A DNA stretch of 64,000 bases from Candidatus Bathyarchaeota archaeon. GTDB lineage: Archaea; Thermoproteota; Bathyarchaeia; Bathyarchaeales; Bathyarchaeaceae. Positions 1-10,708 of the stretch are shown here, one piece after another. The notes below the pieces were generated by a model. That model saw only the letters and a program-made list of their open reading frames with translations. It did not search any database and was not told the DNA's origin. Made by a program: the position numbers and the translations under genes. How positions within the stretch are numbered: the first letter of the stretch is position 1; each line of letters starts with the position of its first letter. The stretch spans positions 1 to 64,000 of the forward strand of contig CAVOMX010000014.1 of the NCBI GenBank assembly GCA_963697165.1, read 5' to 3'.

Positions 1-22
1 AGCCCAAATGGTACTACTCTAC

Positions 23-450
23 CTACTTACGTTTCCGATATATAGCCAATTCGTCTTTGTCACTATATCGCACATACTGAAATCCGGCCTCCAACAGTTT
101 AGTTTCTTCAACCAAAGTTGAAGCAGTAGCTACATTCCACTCGTCACTTTCAAAATTGATAAGATGGGTGTAAATCTCGGTATTTTCAATCTTTTTATGA
201 CCCAGCAATCGTTTAACGTGTAAGATGTCTTTGGTTTTGTGATACTCCATTGTTGCTTTCCAGAGTCGTAAAGTATGAAAATATATTTGTTTCAATCTGG
301 GATTCTGAAGAGTCCTAACAATTCTTTTTCGTTGTTTCTGGAAGCCTTTTTCTCATAGTGAAAATATTGGGATTAAATATGTAATCGCTGGTTTTAGGTA
401 GAGCAGTTACCATTGCGATAGCTAACAGTTGATTGTCGAGATCATTCTTT
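23..450 (-). pseudogene. Tyrosine recombinase/integrase C-terminal remnant
   Basis: HTLR, LGH and EIY catalytic motifs in ORF 23..295. The reading continues upstream across a frameshift (ALPKTSDYIFNP...KQRKRIVRTLQNPRL) and ends near 450, leaving no room for the N-terminal half before the gene at 467. Confidence 0.8.
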
Positions 451-466
451 TTAAGTACAAATTGTG

Positions 467-1006
467 TTAACTGTGTGATTCTGCTTGATTTATCCAGTTA
501 AGTATTGTTAAAGGGGTTACGCCAATTGTGTTGGCTATATAGTTACGTGCAGTGCTTGTATAACCTATTTGTATCAAATCATCTACAGTGTTAATTCCGA
601 TTTTTCTAAGCTTACGACCGTATATGTAGCCGATTCCTTCGATTGCCTCAATATCTTGTGTTTTTTTAAGCCTTTGCAAAGAAGGTTTATTATACTGTTT
701 GGGCGATTTATGCTCGATTTTGGAATTATGTGATGAGGCGAATCCTGGAACCCAGACAGGGAGATTTACCTTTTGTTTTTGAGGACCCCTCAAAAAAGAG
801 TGAACTATTACGATGATTACTCCCCAAACTAGTCCATTTATCATTGCAGCTAGAAGAATTTCTTCAGAGACTCCAGCTATAAAATAAGTTGTTTCAGAAT
901 TTCCTAAAACGTCCAACAATATTTGTCCTGGCGGCATGTTTGGAAATATTATGCTTATGATGAAAAGAAACAGGAAAGATGCTACAAACACTAACACGCC
1001 TAACAT
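467..1006 (-). CDS. Membrane protein with C-terminal helix-hairpin-helix (DUF4332-like) domain
   Basis: Two hydrophobic segments followed by IEGIG..YGRKLRKIGINTVDDL. Confidence 0.7.
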   Translation of the reverse strand: MLGVLVFVASFLFLFIISIIFPNMPPGQILLDVLGNSETTYFIAGVSEEILLAAMINGLVWGVIIVIVHSFLRGPQKQKVNLPVWVPGFASSHNSKIEHKSPKQYNKPSLQRLKKTQDIEAIEGIGYIYGRKLRKIGINTVDDLIQIGYTSTARNYIANTIGVTPLTILNWINQAESHS

Positions 1007-1386
1007 TTTTAGTGAATTTTGGGGTGAATCAATTTAGTTTTTATGAAACTAAGATAATCATTCAAAATGACGATTTAGACTAACAATTACTAAACAAAAA
1101 ATCAACTAGAATTAGCCCTAAAGAAAAATTCTTTAGTTTGTTACTTCTACGGATAAAACGGTTCGTCAATGTTAACACCATCAAAAAAATGTTTGCCCTG
1201 TAATTGGATGCTCTTAAAAAAAGTTGAGACCTCTAGGGAAACGAATGGTATGAATCGGCCGTACCACGTTTAATCCAGTTTTGATTGGACATTAATTCTT
1301 TTGTGATATCTCGGATGTTTTTTGCTCTGGCTGATTTATTTTCTCGTAGAAAGCTTTTTCTTCGGCTCTTCTGTTGAACTCTGGCT

Positions 1387-2610
1387 ATGCGCTTATTTAT
1401 CGGATTTATTTTCCACAAAATATCTTTTGGGCTTTTATCGGTTCTGTTGCCACTCTATATCACTCAGGTCATAAGTGGAGGCAATTTATCGGTTTGGGGT
1501 TTAATTGCGTCGGCGGCTACGTTTGTTGCGATTCCCTTCTCTCTTCTGTGGGGTTACCTCTGTGACGCTACGCAACGTTACCGTTTATTTATACTGATGT
1601 CTTTTGCGGCTGTGACTTCCCTGCTTTACTTATTCTCCTTAACAACCGATCTGCTAATGCTCGGGATTGTATACGTGTTCATTGTTGTTTTTCAGGTTGC
1701 TTATGAGCCTTCAAAAAATGTGCTGGTTGCCGAAAACTATTCGCACAGGGATTGGAAACATGGCTTTGCATTCTATGCTACCTTGACTGAGCTCGGATGG
1801 GTTACAGGACTGTTTTTAGGTTTCCTATTAACCTTCTGGGGTTTCACCAGCATTACTTTGCTGATTATTTGCATCGCTCTGAGTTTTGCATCTTTCATAT
1901 TGTCAGCAATTTTCGTGGATGACCCAGCGTTAATTTTTGAGAGGGGACTAGTTAAAATAGAAAGGTCATTTAGTTTGGTTCACAGAGCTGTAGAGTTAAT
2001 AGCAAGACTGAATTTTGATCAGCATGATTCAGGCGAACTTAACCGAGAGAATGTGTATGCTCTATGTTTTGGTTTACTTTTATTCTCTCTTGCCACAAGC
2101 ATGTTTTTTACTCCTTTGCCAATTTTCTTTGCTCAGAGTTTAGTTCTTCCCACAAGCATAATATTTGCGCTATTTCTAATCAACTCTCTAGGCTGCCTTA
2201 TAGGCTATATTCTGACGAATAGGAACTACCATATCATAAGAGAAACATCGACAACAACAAGGGTTTCTTTACTCCGAGGTATACTGGTTTTCTCGTTACT
2301 GTTTATCGGCTTCTTCTCATTAACGTGGGCGATAGTGTTGTCGGTTATTGTTTTAGCTCTTAGCGGATTCGTTTATGCTTTCTATTCGGTCTCCGTGCTT
2401 TCCCTTTCCATGGAAGTGATTCCACGAGGCAAAACTGGATTATTCACTGCGTTATTAGGAGCAGGCAGCGGCATTGGATGCTTTACTGGACCAATAATAG
2501 CAGAAAATCTGGGCTTCTCATATGCGTTTATGGCATCCGCGATCTGTTTTCTCCTCAGTTTTGCAGCATTCAAAATTTTCGCACAAAACAGAGACATAGA
2601 ATTCATGTAA
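1387..2610 (+). CDS. MFS transporter
   Basis: 407 aa, about 12 TM segments, motif-A-like WGYLCDATQRYR. Confidence 0.88.
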   Translation: MRLFIGFIFHKISFGLLSVLLPLYITQVISGGNLSVWGLIASAATFVAIPFSLLWGYLCDATQRYRLFILMSFAAVTSLLYLFSLTTDLLMLGIVYVFIVVFQVAYEPSKNVLVAENYSHRDWKHGFAFYATLTELGWVTGLFLGFLLTFWGFTSITLLIICIALSFASFILSAIFVDDPALIFERGLVKIERSFSLVHRAVELIARLNFDQHDSGELNRENVYALCFGLLLFSLATSMFFTPLPIFFAQSLVLPTSIIFALFLINSLGCLIGYILTNRNYHIIRETSTTTRVSLLRGILVFSLLFIGFFSLTWAIVLSVIVLALSGFVYAFYSVSVLSLSMEVIPRGKTGLFTALLGAGSGIGCFTGPIIAENLGFSYAFMASAICFLLSFAAFKIFAQNRDIEFM

Positions 2611-2826
2611 GCAAGCTGTTGCCAGCTTTTCTAATCATTCAGTCACATGACATGTATGTGTGAAGGACTAAAACAGCCAAATCTAGGGGGAGTGGGTAAA
2701 CCCTTGCAGTATGCCATACCCTTACTTTCAGTTAAACTAGAGGAAAAAACACATTATGTTTGGGAAAAATGTGCTCGGGTAAATTACCCCAGTTAATCCA
2801 AATTTCAAAGATGAACGAGCATGAGA

Positions 2827-3069
2827 CTAAGTCTTTTGGAAAACGTTATGGTGGGTTTCTTTTCTTCCTTGCCATTTATCTCCGCGTATTGCCCATGCAT
2901 TTTTCATATCAAAACTTATGCTCACAATAGATCTTTCTCGCGGATTACTCCTGTGTTTCGAGAAACATGTTCTGCAGTAAACTGGTTTGCCTTTGGTGGG
3001 TTCAAACGGCACGGTAGTAGATTTTCCACAATCAGTACATTTAACGTCAAACATCCTTTTTTCGGTCAT
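2827..3069 (-). CDS. CxxC-x17-CxxC zinc-ribbon protein
   Basis: CTDC...VPFEP..GKPVYCRTCF; GAGGTGA Shine-Dalgarno upstream. Confidence 0.85.
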   Translation of the reverse strand: MTEKRMFDVKCTDCGKSTTVPFEPTKGKPVYCRTCFSKHRSNPRERSIVSISFDMKNAWAIRGDKWQGRKETHHNVFQKT

Positions 3070-3558
3070 ATAAACTCACCTCGTATACTTTAATAGAAAA
3101 GAATCCAGTTATGGTAGGACAAGCCCGTGTGATAAAAGAAAACTCTTCAATCATATTGGTGTTTGCGCCCTTATAAAGGAGCGGATTAAAAAGGAGCAGT
3201 TTAACTTATTTGATGCCCACAAAACAATGAGAACGCGCGCGTAAAAAGGCTGTTTTGGATGACTAACTACCGTGAAAAATTATCTCCAGTCTTAAATTTC
3301 GTTTTTAGCAGGAATTCTGTTTTTTTAGGCAGTTAATCGTTGAAAAATCGGATTTTCACCGTTTAACTATAAGAAAAAATTACTTTAATGCATTAAATTG
3401 TGGTAGAGTATTCTCTTGAAAATTCCATAGTGATTCTCTTGCTCATTGGTTAAACACTCTGCACAGGCAGATAAATTCCAAGTTTGAAACAGGAATAAGA
3501 AGTATCCATTAACCAGAAATATTACATCACGAGAAAGCTAACTTGCATGTACTGATAC

Positions 3559-4782
3559 GTGATTGTTATGACGTATGATGTCGTGATTGTTGGGGCGGGT
3601 CCAGCCGGATCAACTACGGCCAAATTAATTGCTGAAAGAGGATTTAAAGTTCTTGTCCTAGAGAAGTACACTCTAGATAGGGAAAAGCCCTGTGGTGGCG
3701 GTATAACCAATAGGGTAGTTGAACATTTCAAAATACCCGAAAAAGCCTTTTCTCGGGAGTGTACTGGAATATTTTTGTGCAGCCCAAAAAATATGACGGT
3801 GGTAATCGGAAAACGCAGCAAAATCAGGTTAGTAATGAGAAGTGTTTTTGATAAGGTTCTCTGCCAAATGGCTATGGATAAAGGTGCAGAGTTCTCTGAA
3901 AAATCATTAGTTAATGAACCATTAATCAAAAATGGAAAAGTAATTGGTGTAAAAACAAAAATCAATGGTAAAACCAAAACCATCAAAGCCAAATTGGTTA
4001 TTGGAGCAGATGGGACTCCAAGTACAATGGCAAAAAAGCTTGAATTATATTCGGGCAGACCAAACACAGTCGGATTTTGTTTTCAATACCAGATGCAACT
4101 TTCCAATGAACAAATTGAACATAGAATCGGCAATAATGTTGAAGTATATTATGGGAATCAATGGATCCCATTTGGTTATACATGGATTTTTCCAAAGAAT
4201 AACGTTGTAACGGTTGGGTGTGGTACTGCGATTGATGTAATTCAAAAAAGAAAACTAAGCCTCAAAAAATATTTAGATCACTTCATAAAAAAACATCCCA
4301 TAGCATCTACGAAACTGGAAGGAGCTAAAGTAATTCATAGTCAAGCACAACTTATTGGTTACCCTGGAGTTTTAAAAGATAACGTCGCAAAAGGGTGCCT
4401 AATTGTGGGGGATGCTAGCGGAACAGTATCTCCTTGGAACTCAGAAGGCATATGGTACTCAATGATGTCAGGGGAAGCAGCTGGGATAAGCGCCGTAGAA
4501 ACGTTGGAAAAAGGTGACGGTTCAGCAAGTTATATTCGAATGAAATATTACCAAAACTTGGACCAAAACGTAAATGATGACTTAAGATTGGCAACTAGAA
4601 TAGTCAACTTAACGAATTCAGATGCCAAAAAACAACGGATTGTGGTTTCAATCATTAAGGATCAATGGTGGGCTAGCTTGCTTGAGAGCGTAATCGATGG
4701 AACATGTCCTTATAAGAAGTTCCTTAAGCAGATGCATAGGAGACCCGATAAATTGCTCAAAGCCCATACGCTTTACCGATGA
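3559..4782 (+). CDS. Geranylgeranyl reductase family FAD oxidoreductase
   Basis: GAGPAG, KPCGGG, PFGYTWIFP and VGDASG motifs. Confidence 0.88.
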   Translation: MIVMTYDVVIVGAGPAGSTTAKLIAERGFKVLVLEKYTLDREKPCGGGITNRVVEHFKIPEKAFSRECTGIFLCSPKNMTVVIGKRSKIRLVMRSVFDKVLCQMAMDKGAEFSEKSLVNEPLIKNGKVIGVKTKINGKTKTIKAKLVIGADGTPSTMAKKLELYSGRPNTVGFCFQYQMQLSNEQIEHRIGNNVEVYYGNQWIPFGYTWIFPKNNVVTVGCGTAIDVIQKRKLSLKKYLDHFIKKHPIASTKLEGAKVIHSQAQLIGYPGVLKDNVAKGCLIVGDASGTVSPWNSEGIWYSMMSGEAAGISAVETLEKGDGSASYIRMKYYQNLDQNVNDDLRLATRIVNLTNSDAKKQRIVVSIIKDQWWASLLESVIDGTCPYKKFLKQMHRRPDKLLKAHTLYR

Positions 4783-5068
4783 GAGTTTTAGAACCATTCT
4801 GATTGCTAAAAACACATTTTCATAAGAAACGTGAAAGGTCCCATAATTGCCTCTATTTTGTTCCTCATAAAAACCAAAAAAATCACGAAAAGTCTTAGGA
4901 CGTTAATTTTCAACCCAACACCCAAACTTACTCCTACGTTACCCTCTTACTCTTACTCTTCTTCTTTCTCTTCTCTTAACTACTTACATATCTCACATAT
5001 CACACAGACAAGAAAAAAAACACACACGCACAACAAGTGCACGCTTTTTTATCAAAACTACGCGCGAA

Positions 5069-5420
5069 TCAGCAATTTGCGCTATTCTTACCAGTTGAAG
5101 CTTTCCAGTCTTGAAGGAGGGTTCTTTTGGTATCCTTCAGAATTTCAGCCTTCTCCTTCTCCGTTTCAATCAGCAATTCTAAGGCTTTTTCAAAGAGCAA
5201 AGCAGAAAAAGCGCCTCGTTTCTTAGAATCTGGAAAAACTACGCCCTTATCCTGCAAATATTTTAAGCTGCTGTAAGTCTGCTGCCTGCTCATCTTTAGG
5301 CTGTCAACTATATTCTCTGCTTTGGTTGGACCCTTCAAAGCCAGATAAACGTACACCTTAGCATCAGGCTCTGAAAGACTGACGCTCATTAGAGCTTTGA
5401 ATACACGCGTTCCAAACTCA
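5069..5420 (-). CDS. TrmB-type winged-HTH protein (5' end frameshifted)
   Basis: LSEPDAKVYVYLALKGP...TYSSLKYLQDKGVV. Confidence 0.75.
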
Positions 5421-5508
5421 ATTTGGTTGTCTTCTTTTTGACTAATTGAATTGTAAAGAAGAGGAGTACTGGGAGTTTTTTATATTGTATCTTTGTTTAG
5501 TCAGTATG

Positions 5509-6024
5509 CTAAGAGTCTAAGTGGACATAACCTACGTACTCTACCACAAGTGGTGAGGCAGTAGGTTGAATTGTTCCTTGTCCATGAAATGCTCGCTAAA
5601 TCCCCTGTGTCACCTAATATTCTCCAATTTCCTAGATCCCCCGCAATAGTCAATTCACCTTCGATATTGCCATCCATCAATCTCTGGACTCTGTCAACGT
5701 GGATACCGTATGAGGCAAGTTTCTATGGAATTCAACAATAAAATCACCATCAAAAATAGGTTTGATAAATCTGATATCAAAATCGCAAGTGCCTTCAGCT
5801 ACGATCGATGTCCTGCAGTATACTCAAATCTGTGCAATCTGTTTGAGAGAAAACAGAGAAATTACCTGCGGACTTCAGTTCAGTTTCACCGTCATAATAA
5901 AGGGTCATTTGCACCACTTACTGGTATGAACTTGCTCATTCCTAGCATATACCATAGACAGTGGCAGAGCTAACATAACTATTGCCATCAAGACAACAGC
6001 AATTCCTAAGACTTTTCTATTCAT
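5509..6024 (-). CDS. Secreted protein, DUF3224-like beta-barrel, multiply frameshifted (absent from ORF track)
   Basis: Hand translation gives signal peptide MNRKVLGIAVVLMAIVMLALPLSMVYA at 6024 and C-terminus GDTGDLASI/HGQGTIQPTASPLVVEYVGYVHLDS*. Confidence 0.55.
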
Positions 6025-6155
6025 GTTCTTTCACACTCTTTCTCCCATTTCTAGGAAAAATTATTCTGTTCACCGCAAAATAGTTAATGAATTAACCACA
6101 AATAAAATTGAGCTGGCTACAAAAGTAGGTAGCAGTCTCTTTTGAAGTGTGACTA

Positions 6156-6893
6156 TTGAGCCAAGGAAATCTGAAGAACGCTTTACAACACTTTGGGGCA
6201 ACAGAAAAGGAATCCGAAGTCTACATTTTCCTTGCCAAACATGGGACATTGGGAACTGGGCAAATCGCTAAGCAAATGAAGAAAAAACAGAGGACTTGTC
6301 TATCGTATTCTGTCCAGCCTCGAGAAGAAGGGATTAGTGGAGGCAACCCTTGAATCTCCAACACGATTTTCTGCGATGCCTTTAGAGGAAGTTATCGACG
6401 CATATGTTAAAGCTAAACAGTTAGAAATTGCCCAAGTCGAAAAAACAAAAAAAGACCTGCTGGAAGACTGGAATAGAATTAGCCAAACCGAAGTTGCGCC
6501 TAAACCCGAAAACTTCATCGTGATTGAAGGAAACCAGAAGATTTAACAGAAAAATTGCTGAGATGATAGAGAAAAACAGAAAACGAGTTTTCAACCGTCT
6601 CTCGCTGGTTTCAGACTTGGTGAGAGCTGAACAATTCGGGGTCCTTGAGCTCTGTTTACTCCCTATCCGAGGAAAAACGAGTTAGAATTTCGTTTCTTGA
6701 ACCGATGTAAATCAGCAGACATCTAAAAGCGTTTAAAGCTGCTTCTTCGAGCGAAGTTGAAATCTGGTTTTCACATTAAATCTGACGAAATCGAGATTTA
6801 GGTTTAGCTTTGTTTCCTAGAATGGTGATAAGAGATAATCGAGAAATCCTGTTTTTCATCTCATTTGGAAGATTTATTGAGACCGATTTATAA
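6156..6893 (+). pseudogene. TrmB family regulator, heavily frameshifted and apparently truncated
   Basis: GATEKESEVYIFLAKHG, EATLESPTRFSAMP and PRMVIRD..EILFFIS pieces in different frames. Confidence 0.7.
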
Positions 6894-7455
6894 AAGTCCC
6901 AAATATGTTAGACCTCCACTTGGATTTAAACCACCTTTTAGGAATGATTCCCAACAATCTGGAATCAGTGGGAAAAAAGTTAAGATTTGGGATTTTAGAA
7001 CATACCGACTAGTTTATGATTATGCTATTAGTTATTTTGGAATGAAGTTACTTCCAGAACAAGCAAGAGAGTTTGCCGACGAATGGATGTTCAAACACTC
7101 GGATAGAAATTTTGAGGACTACAAACAGGTCTACGAGTATGCTATCAGTTTTATTGGAATGAAATTACTTCCTTCAGCTGCGAGATTGTTTGCTGATAAA
7201 TGGATGACTGAATACGCGGATAGAAATTTTGATGGCTACAAACAGGTCTACGAGTATGCTGTTGGCTATTTTGGAATGAAGTTACTTCCAGAACAAGCAA
7301 GAGAGTTTGCCGACGAATGGATGTTCAAATATTCCAAGACAGATTTTGGTAATTTCAAACAGATCTACGAGTATGCTGTCAGTTCTATTGGAATGAAATT
7401 ACTACATTCAGATGCAAAAGAATTTGCTTTGGAAAAAATTAAAGAACAGATTTAA
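6865..7455 (+). CDS. Protein with four 39-aa tandem repeats, preceded by a SEFIR/TIR-like C-terminal linker
   Basis: Repeat YA.S.(F/I)GMKLLP..AR.FAD.WM; N-terminus EDLLRPIYKSPKYVRPPLG. Confidence 0.65.
   Translation: MEDLLRPIYKSPKYVRPPLGFKPPFRNDSQQSGISGKKVKIWDFRTYRLVYDYAISYFGMKLLPEQAREFADEWMFKHSDRNFEDYKQVYEYAISFIGMKLLPSAARLFADKWMTEYADRNFDGYKQVYEYAVGYFGMKLLPEQAREFADEWMFKYSKTDFGNFKQIYEYAVSSIGMKLLHSDAKEFALEKIKEQI
7012..7430 (+). repeat. Coding tandem repeat, 117-bp unit with 234-bp higher-order period
   Basis: TATTTTGGAATGAAGTTACTTCCAGAACAAGCAAGAGAGTTTGCCGACGAATGGATGTTCAAA is identical at 7033 and 7267. Confidence 0.92.
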
Positions 7456-7629
7456 GCAGTCCAAGATACTTTTTTTCTTCCTCATTTTGTTCCACCCAAA
7501 ATTACCTAGGTAAAAAGCTAGTCAACAACAAAATAACCTATGTAAAGTTCCAAACGATTAGGGAATACTATAAAAAGTTAAAATTTAACCCCAAAACCCA
7601 AAACCCAAAAAACTAACAAATAGTTGGGT

Positions 7630-7667
7630 GTTTTCAACAATGAAGTATTATTAATTTTCTAATATGA
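7630..7667 (+). repeat. Dispersed 38-bp intergenic element, copy A
   Basis: GTTTTCAACAATGAAGTATTATTAATTTTCTAATATGA. Confidence 0.85.
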
Positions 7668-7680
7668 TTGCATGGCTTGT

Positions 7681-8555
7681 TTAGTTGATGCTGATTAGAA
7701 TAACGCCTACAACGATTAAGAGGGCGCTTGCGATGAGTTTGAAGCTGATTTTTTCGAGTTTTCTGAGGAATATGTAAGCAAAGAATAAGATGAAAAGTAG
7801 TTCAGTTTGTAGGATTGGAGCAACTATCGAGACCATCTCATGGCTTAGTGCAAGAAACGAAAGTAGCCATCCTGCGGCTATGCCGACTCCGGGCTTCCAG
7901 AACAGGTATATGTCTTGACGCGAAAACCTTGAGGTTCTAGAGGTCTTGGATAATGCCAGGTACTAGAAGGTAAACGATTAGGGTTGTGGTGTATCCCAAT
8001 GCAACTCCAAGAAGTGGCTGGTTGTAGATGTTCAAGCCTTCCTTTCTTACAATCTGCGAAAATGCTATAGCCAAGGAACCGACAACGGGAACAATTAAGC
8101 CCTTTTTTGGTATGTACTTGGTTTGGGTGTTGCCTTTGTTTATGTTTCTTCCAATAAATATTACGCCAACTATGACGCATGCGAGTCCTATCCAGTTTTC
8201 GATGGATCAGGGCTTCGCCTAGAAGCGAAACTGCCACGATTGAGGTGTATAATGGATAGGTTGCGAAGATGGATGCATTTGCTGATATGCCTGCAGTTTC
8301 CATTCCTTTGAAGTAGAATAGTCTAGCAATTCCGGGCGCAAGTAGTCCAGCGATTATGAATAGCATTAAGCCTTCAGGGTTTACTGTGTTTAGGTCTGTG
8401 AAAATGAGTGCGAGGGGCCAGAGGATAATGTTACCCATGATGGTTACGGTTAGGGATATGTAGACAAAATTTGATTTTTCAAGGTTTTTTCTGACAAATA
8501 TTTGGGATAAACCGAAACACAGGGCAGAAAGCAAAGCCAAGGCAATACCAAACAT
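7681..8555 (-). CDS. EamA/DMT family transporter (frameshifted)
   Basis: ALLSALCFG and RLFYFKGME..GIS motifs; second EamA half runs in other frames to a stop at 7681. Confidence 0.85.
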
Positions 8556-8899
8556 ACTTTTTCAACACATAACAGAAGCTATTAAACAAAACCATTTTGA
8601 TTGCTTGTCTAGACAAATAAATGAGTCATCTCTTCTTCTGTCGCATTCTTGCTAAAAGCCCAAAAAACGCTCTAAAGTCAAGTGTAGGGAGCAGAATTCA
8701 CACCTAAATTTACTAGTAACTAATGGTTGAACATTTCCCAAAATTAAATTTCAGAAGAGAATAAAACTGTTACATACGCCAATAAAGAATAGTTTAGAGT
8801 TAGCTCTGATAGTATAGTCCTACTATAACCGTCACCATTGGAGATGTCTCCCAAATAATATCCCGTTTTTATAAAATTGTCTTTTTCTTGTTTTTCTGT

Positions 8900-9439
8900 T
8901 CAGGTCTCAACGAGGTCGCTGTAAGAGAGGGATTCAAGATTGTTTTGGGGTATCTCTAGCGTTTCCATCAGTTTGTTTAGAACACGCTGATCATTTTCAA
9001 CGCTTTTTTGATCATCAGAGGTTTGTCTTTCGAATTCAATGAAGTTCCCAAGCTTCTTAACATGGTCCAAATGAATCTGCGTTCCGGTATACTGGTAGAT
9101 TTCTCGGTCTTTCTCTATGACAATAAGCGGTTTTAGTATCTTCTCGAGATGCTCTTCAAATCGTCTGATTCTTGAACCCTAAGAATGTAGGCATTATCGC
9201 TTTTCGGTCCGAAGATGTTCTCTCTTTCATAGTAAATCAACTCTGCTGACCTGTATCCTTTACTGTTCTTAGTTTTAGTCTTCCTTCAGGAACCATAAAA
9301 TACTGGTCCTTTTGATGAACTTCTCCAGTGTATTTTGCTCCAAGAGCAGACAGCATTTTTCTAAAAGGTTGTGATCGTCGACTCTTGCCTTTAATTCGAC
9401 CATTTTATGTTTAGTGTTGTGGTTTGTCTCGATCTTCAA
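8900..9439 (-). CDS. cyaB: CYTH-domain protein (class IV adenylate cyclase-like), frameshifted (absent from ORF track)
   Basis: Hand translation: VELKARV (ExExK-like), QKDQYF..PEGRLKLR, LIYYER, IHLDHVKKLGNFIEFE, SYSDL. Confidence 0.85.
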
Positions 9440-9496
9440 TGTACACTCAACTCTTCAAAAAGAATAGTGTTAACTACTATTTTGTTTTTCTATCAC

Positions 9497-9887
9497 TCAA
9501 AAGTTAGAAGCATCAAAGGGCTTTTCAGTGTTGACTTTGGTTGTATCTTTCATCAAGTTTGTCTAGTCGTTCTTTGAATGTTGTGTCAAGTATGTGTCTT
9601 AGTCTGACGTAGGTTGGTTCGTCGATTTTTTCGTCCTATAGGAGAGAAAGGAGCTTCTGCGATTCGTCGTTAAAGTGCTTCACGTATTTTAGTCTGCGCT
9701 GAGATTTATGTACGTTTGTTTGTCAAGCTTTCCCTGTAAACAATAGTCGTCTAAGCTTCTTTTTCTGTTTTTCGTAGTCATCTTCTTCTGTTCGTGAATT
9801 GCGTATTACTAGCCCTACCAGAAAGAACACCAATATAGCCAGGGGAAGAATCAGAAAGAAGAAATAATTTGGTTCAATACGTTTCAA
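9497..9887 (-). CDS. Single-TM hypothetical protein with two SHOCT-like helices, frameshifted
   Basis: MKRIEPNYFFFLILPLAILVFFLVGLVI...LLFTGKLDKQTY...EKIDEPTYVRLR. Confidence 0.55.
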
Positions 9888-10044
9888 ATTGTAATCATAT
9901 AATAAACCCTTTATGAATGCTGTTTACATACCCGTGATATGTATTACTTCATATGAGCCAAATTCTGCATTTTTTCGATAATTTAAGACTTCAGAAATCA
10001 AGTGGTTGCCAGAAAAAATTGATGTTCACACTCTGGATATCCTA

Positions 10045-10509
10045 TGTTAAGGCTGGGGTAACCTGAACGAGGAACAAATAGCTCCCTGTGGAATGGACAG
10101 TGATGTTTGCAGTAGCTACCTTGCTTTGAAACATGATGTTAGAACCAAGGGCGTAAGAACTGTCTTACTTAAGGTTACCGACCCAGAGACAAGAAGTGCT
10201 CTTTTGTCAAAGAAAAGATGCAAAACGGTTCTGAACACAAAGTGGAATTCTGTCACGAATGCGAAGAATTTCCCTGCAACAACCTAAAACACATAGAAGA
10301 ACGCTACATGACTCATTATCATATGAGCATAGTTGACAATCTAAATTTCATTAAGGAAAATGGTTTAGCCACATTTTTTGGAGCATCAAAAGATAAAATG
10401 GCAATGCCCCAGAGTGTGGAGATGTAATCTGTTACCATAATTGAATCTGTTTCAATTGTTGTCAGACAAATTGAAAACAAGAAGAAAGTCTATCGATGGG
10501 AAGACTAGC
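10045..10509 (+). CDS. DUF3795 Cys-rich protein (frameshifted)
   Basis: IAPCG, FCHECEEFPC and WQCPECG pieces. Confidence 0.75.
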
Positions 10510-10708
10510 AGCATTTTATTCTTTATGTTAGTTCCAGTGCACGCCCAATTTTTATCCCTTTTGTGAATAAAATGTTAAGTTTTCTTATACTAGAAAAACG
10601 GGAAATAATTCTCGGATTTGAAATTACTAATCTTCTCTTACAATAATGCTTATAGGTGTGCTTTTAATCTAGCATTGCTGTCCATTAACAATCAGGAGAA
10701 TCGATAAG

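Noticed and set aside
3415..3500. ORB-like TTCCA...GAAAC; also a possible origin upstream of GINS-MCM
   Set aside because: Single weak match, no G-string, no repeated ORBs, and no cdc6/orc1 in the window.
8809..8826. ATAGTA-TAGTCC-TACTAT palindrome as another 38-bp element copy
   Set aside because: It has the same arm-6-arm geometry but lacks the TTTTCAACAAT part and the TAATATGA arm, so it was not counted.
9630..9645. In-frame TAG as possible pyrrolysine read-through
   Set aside because: It lies in an error-rich gene with other indels, and there is no pyl evidence in the window.
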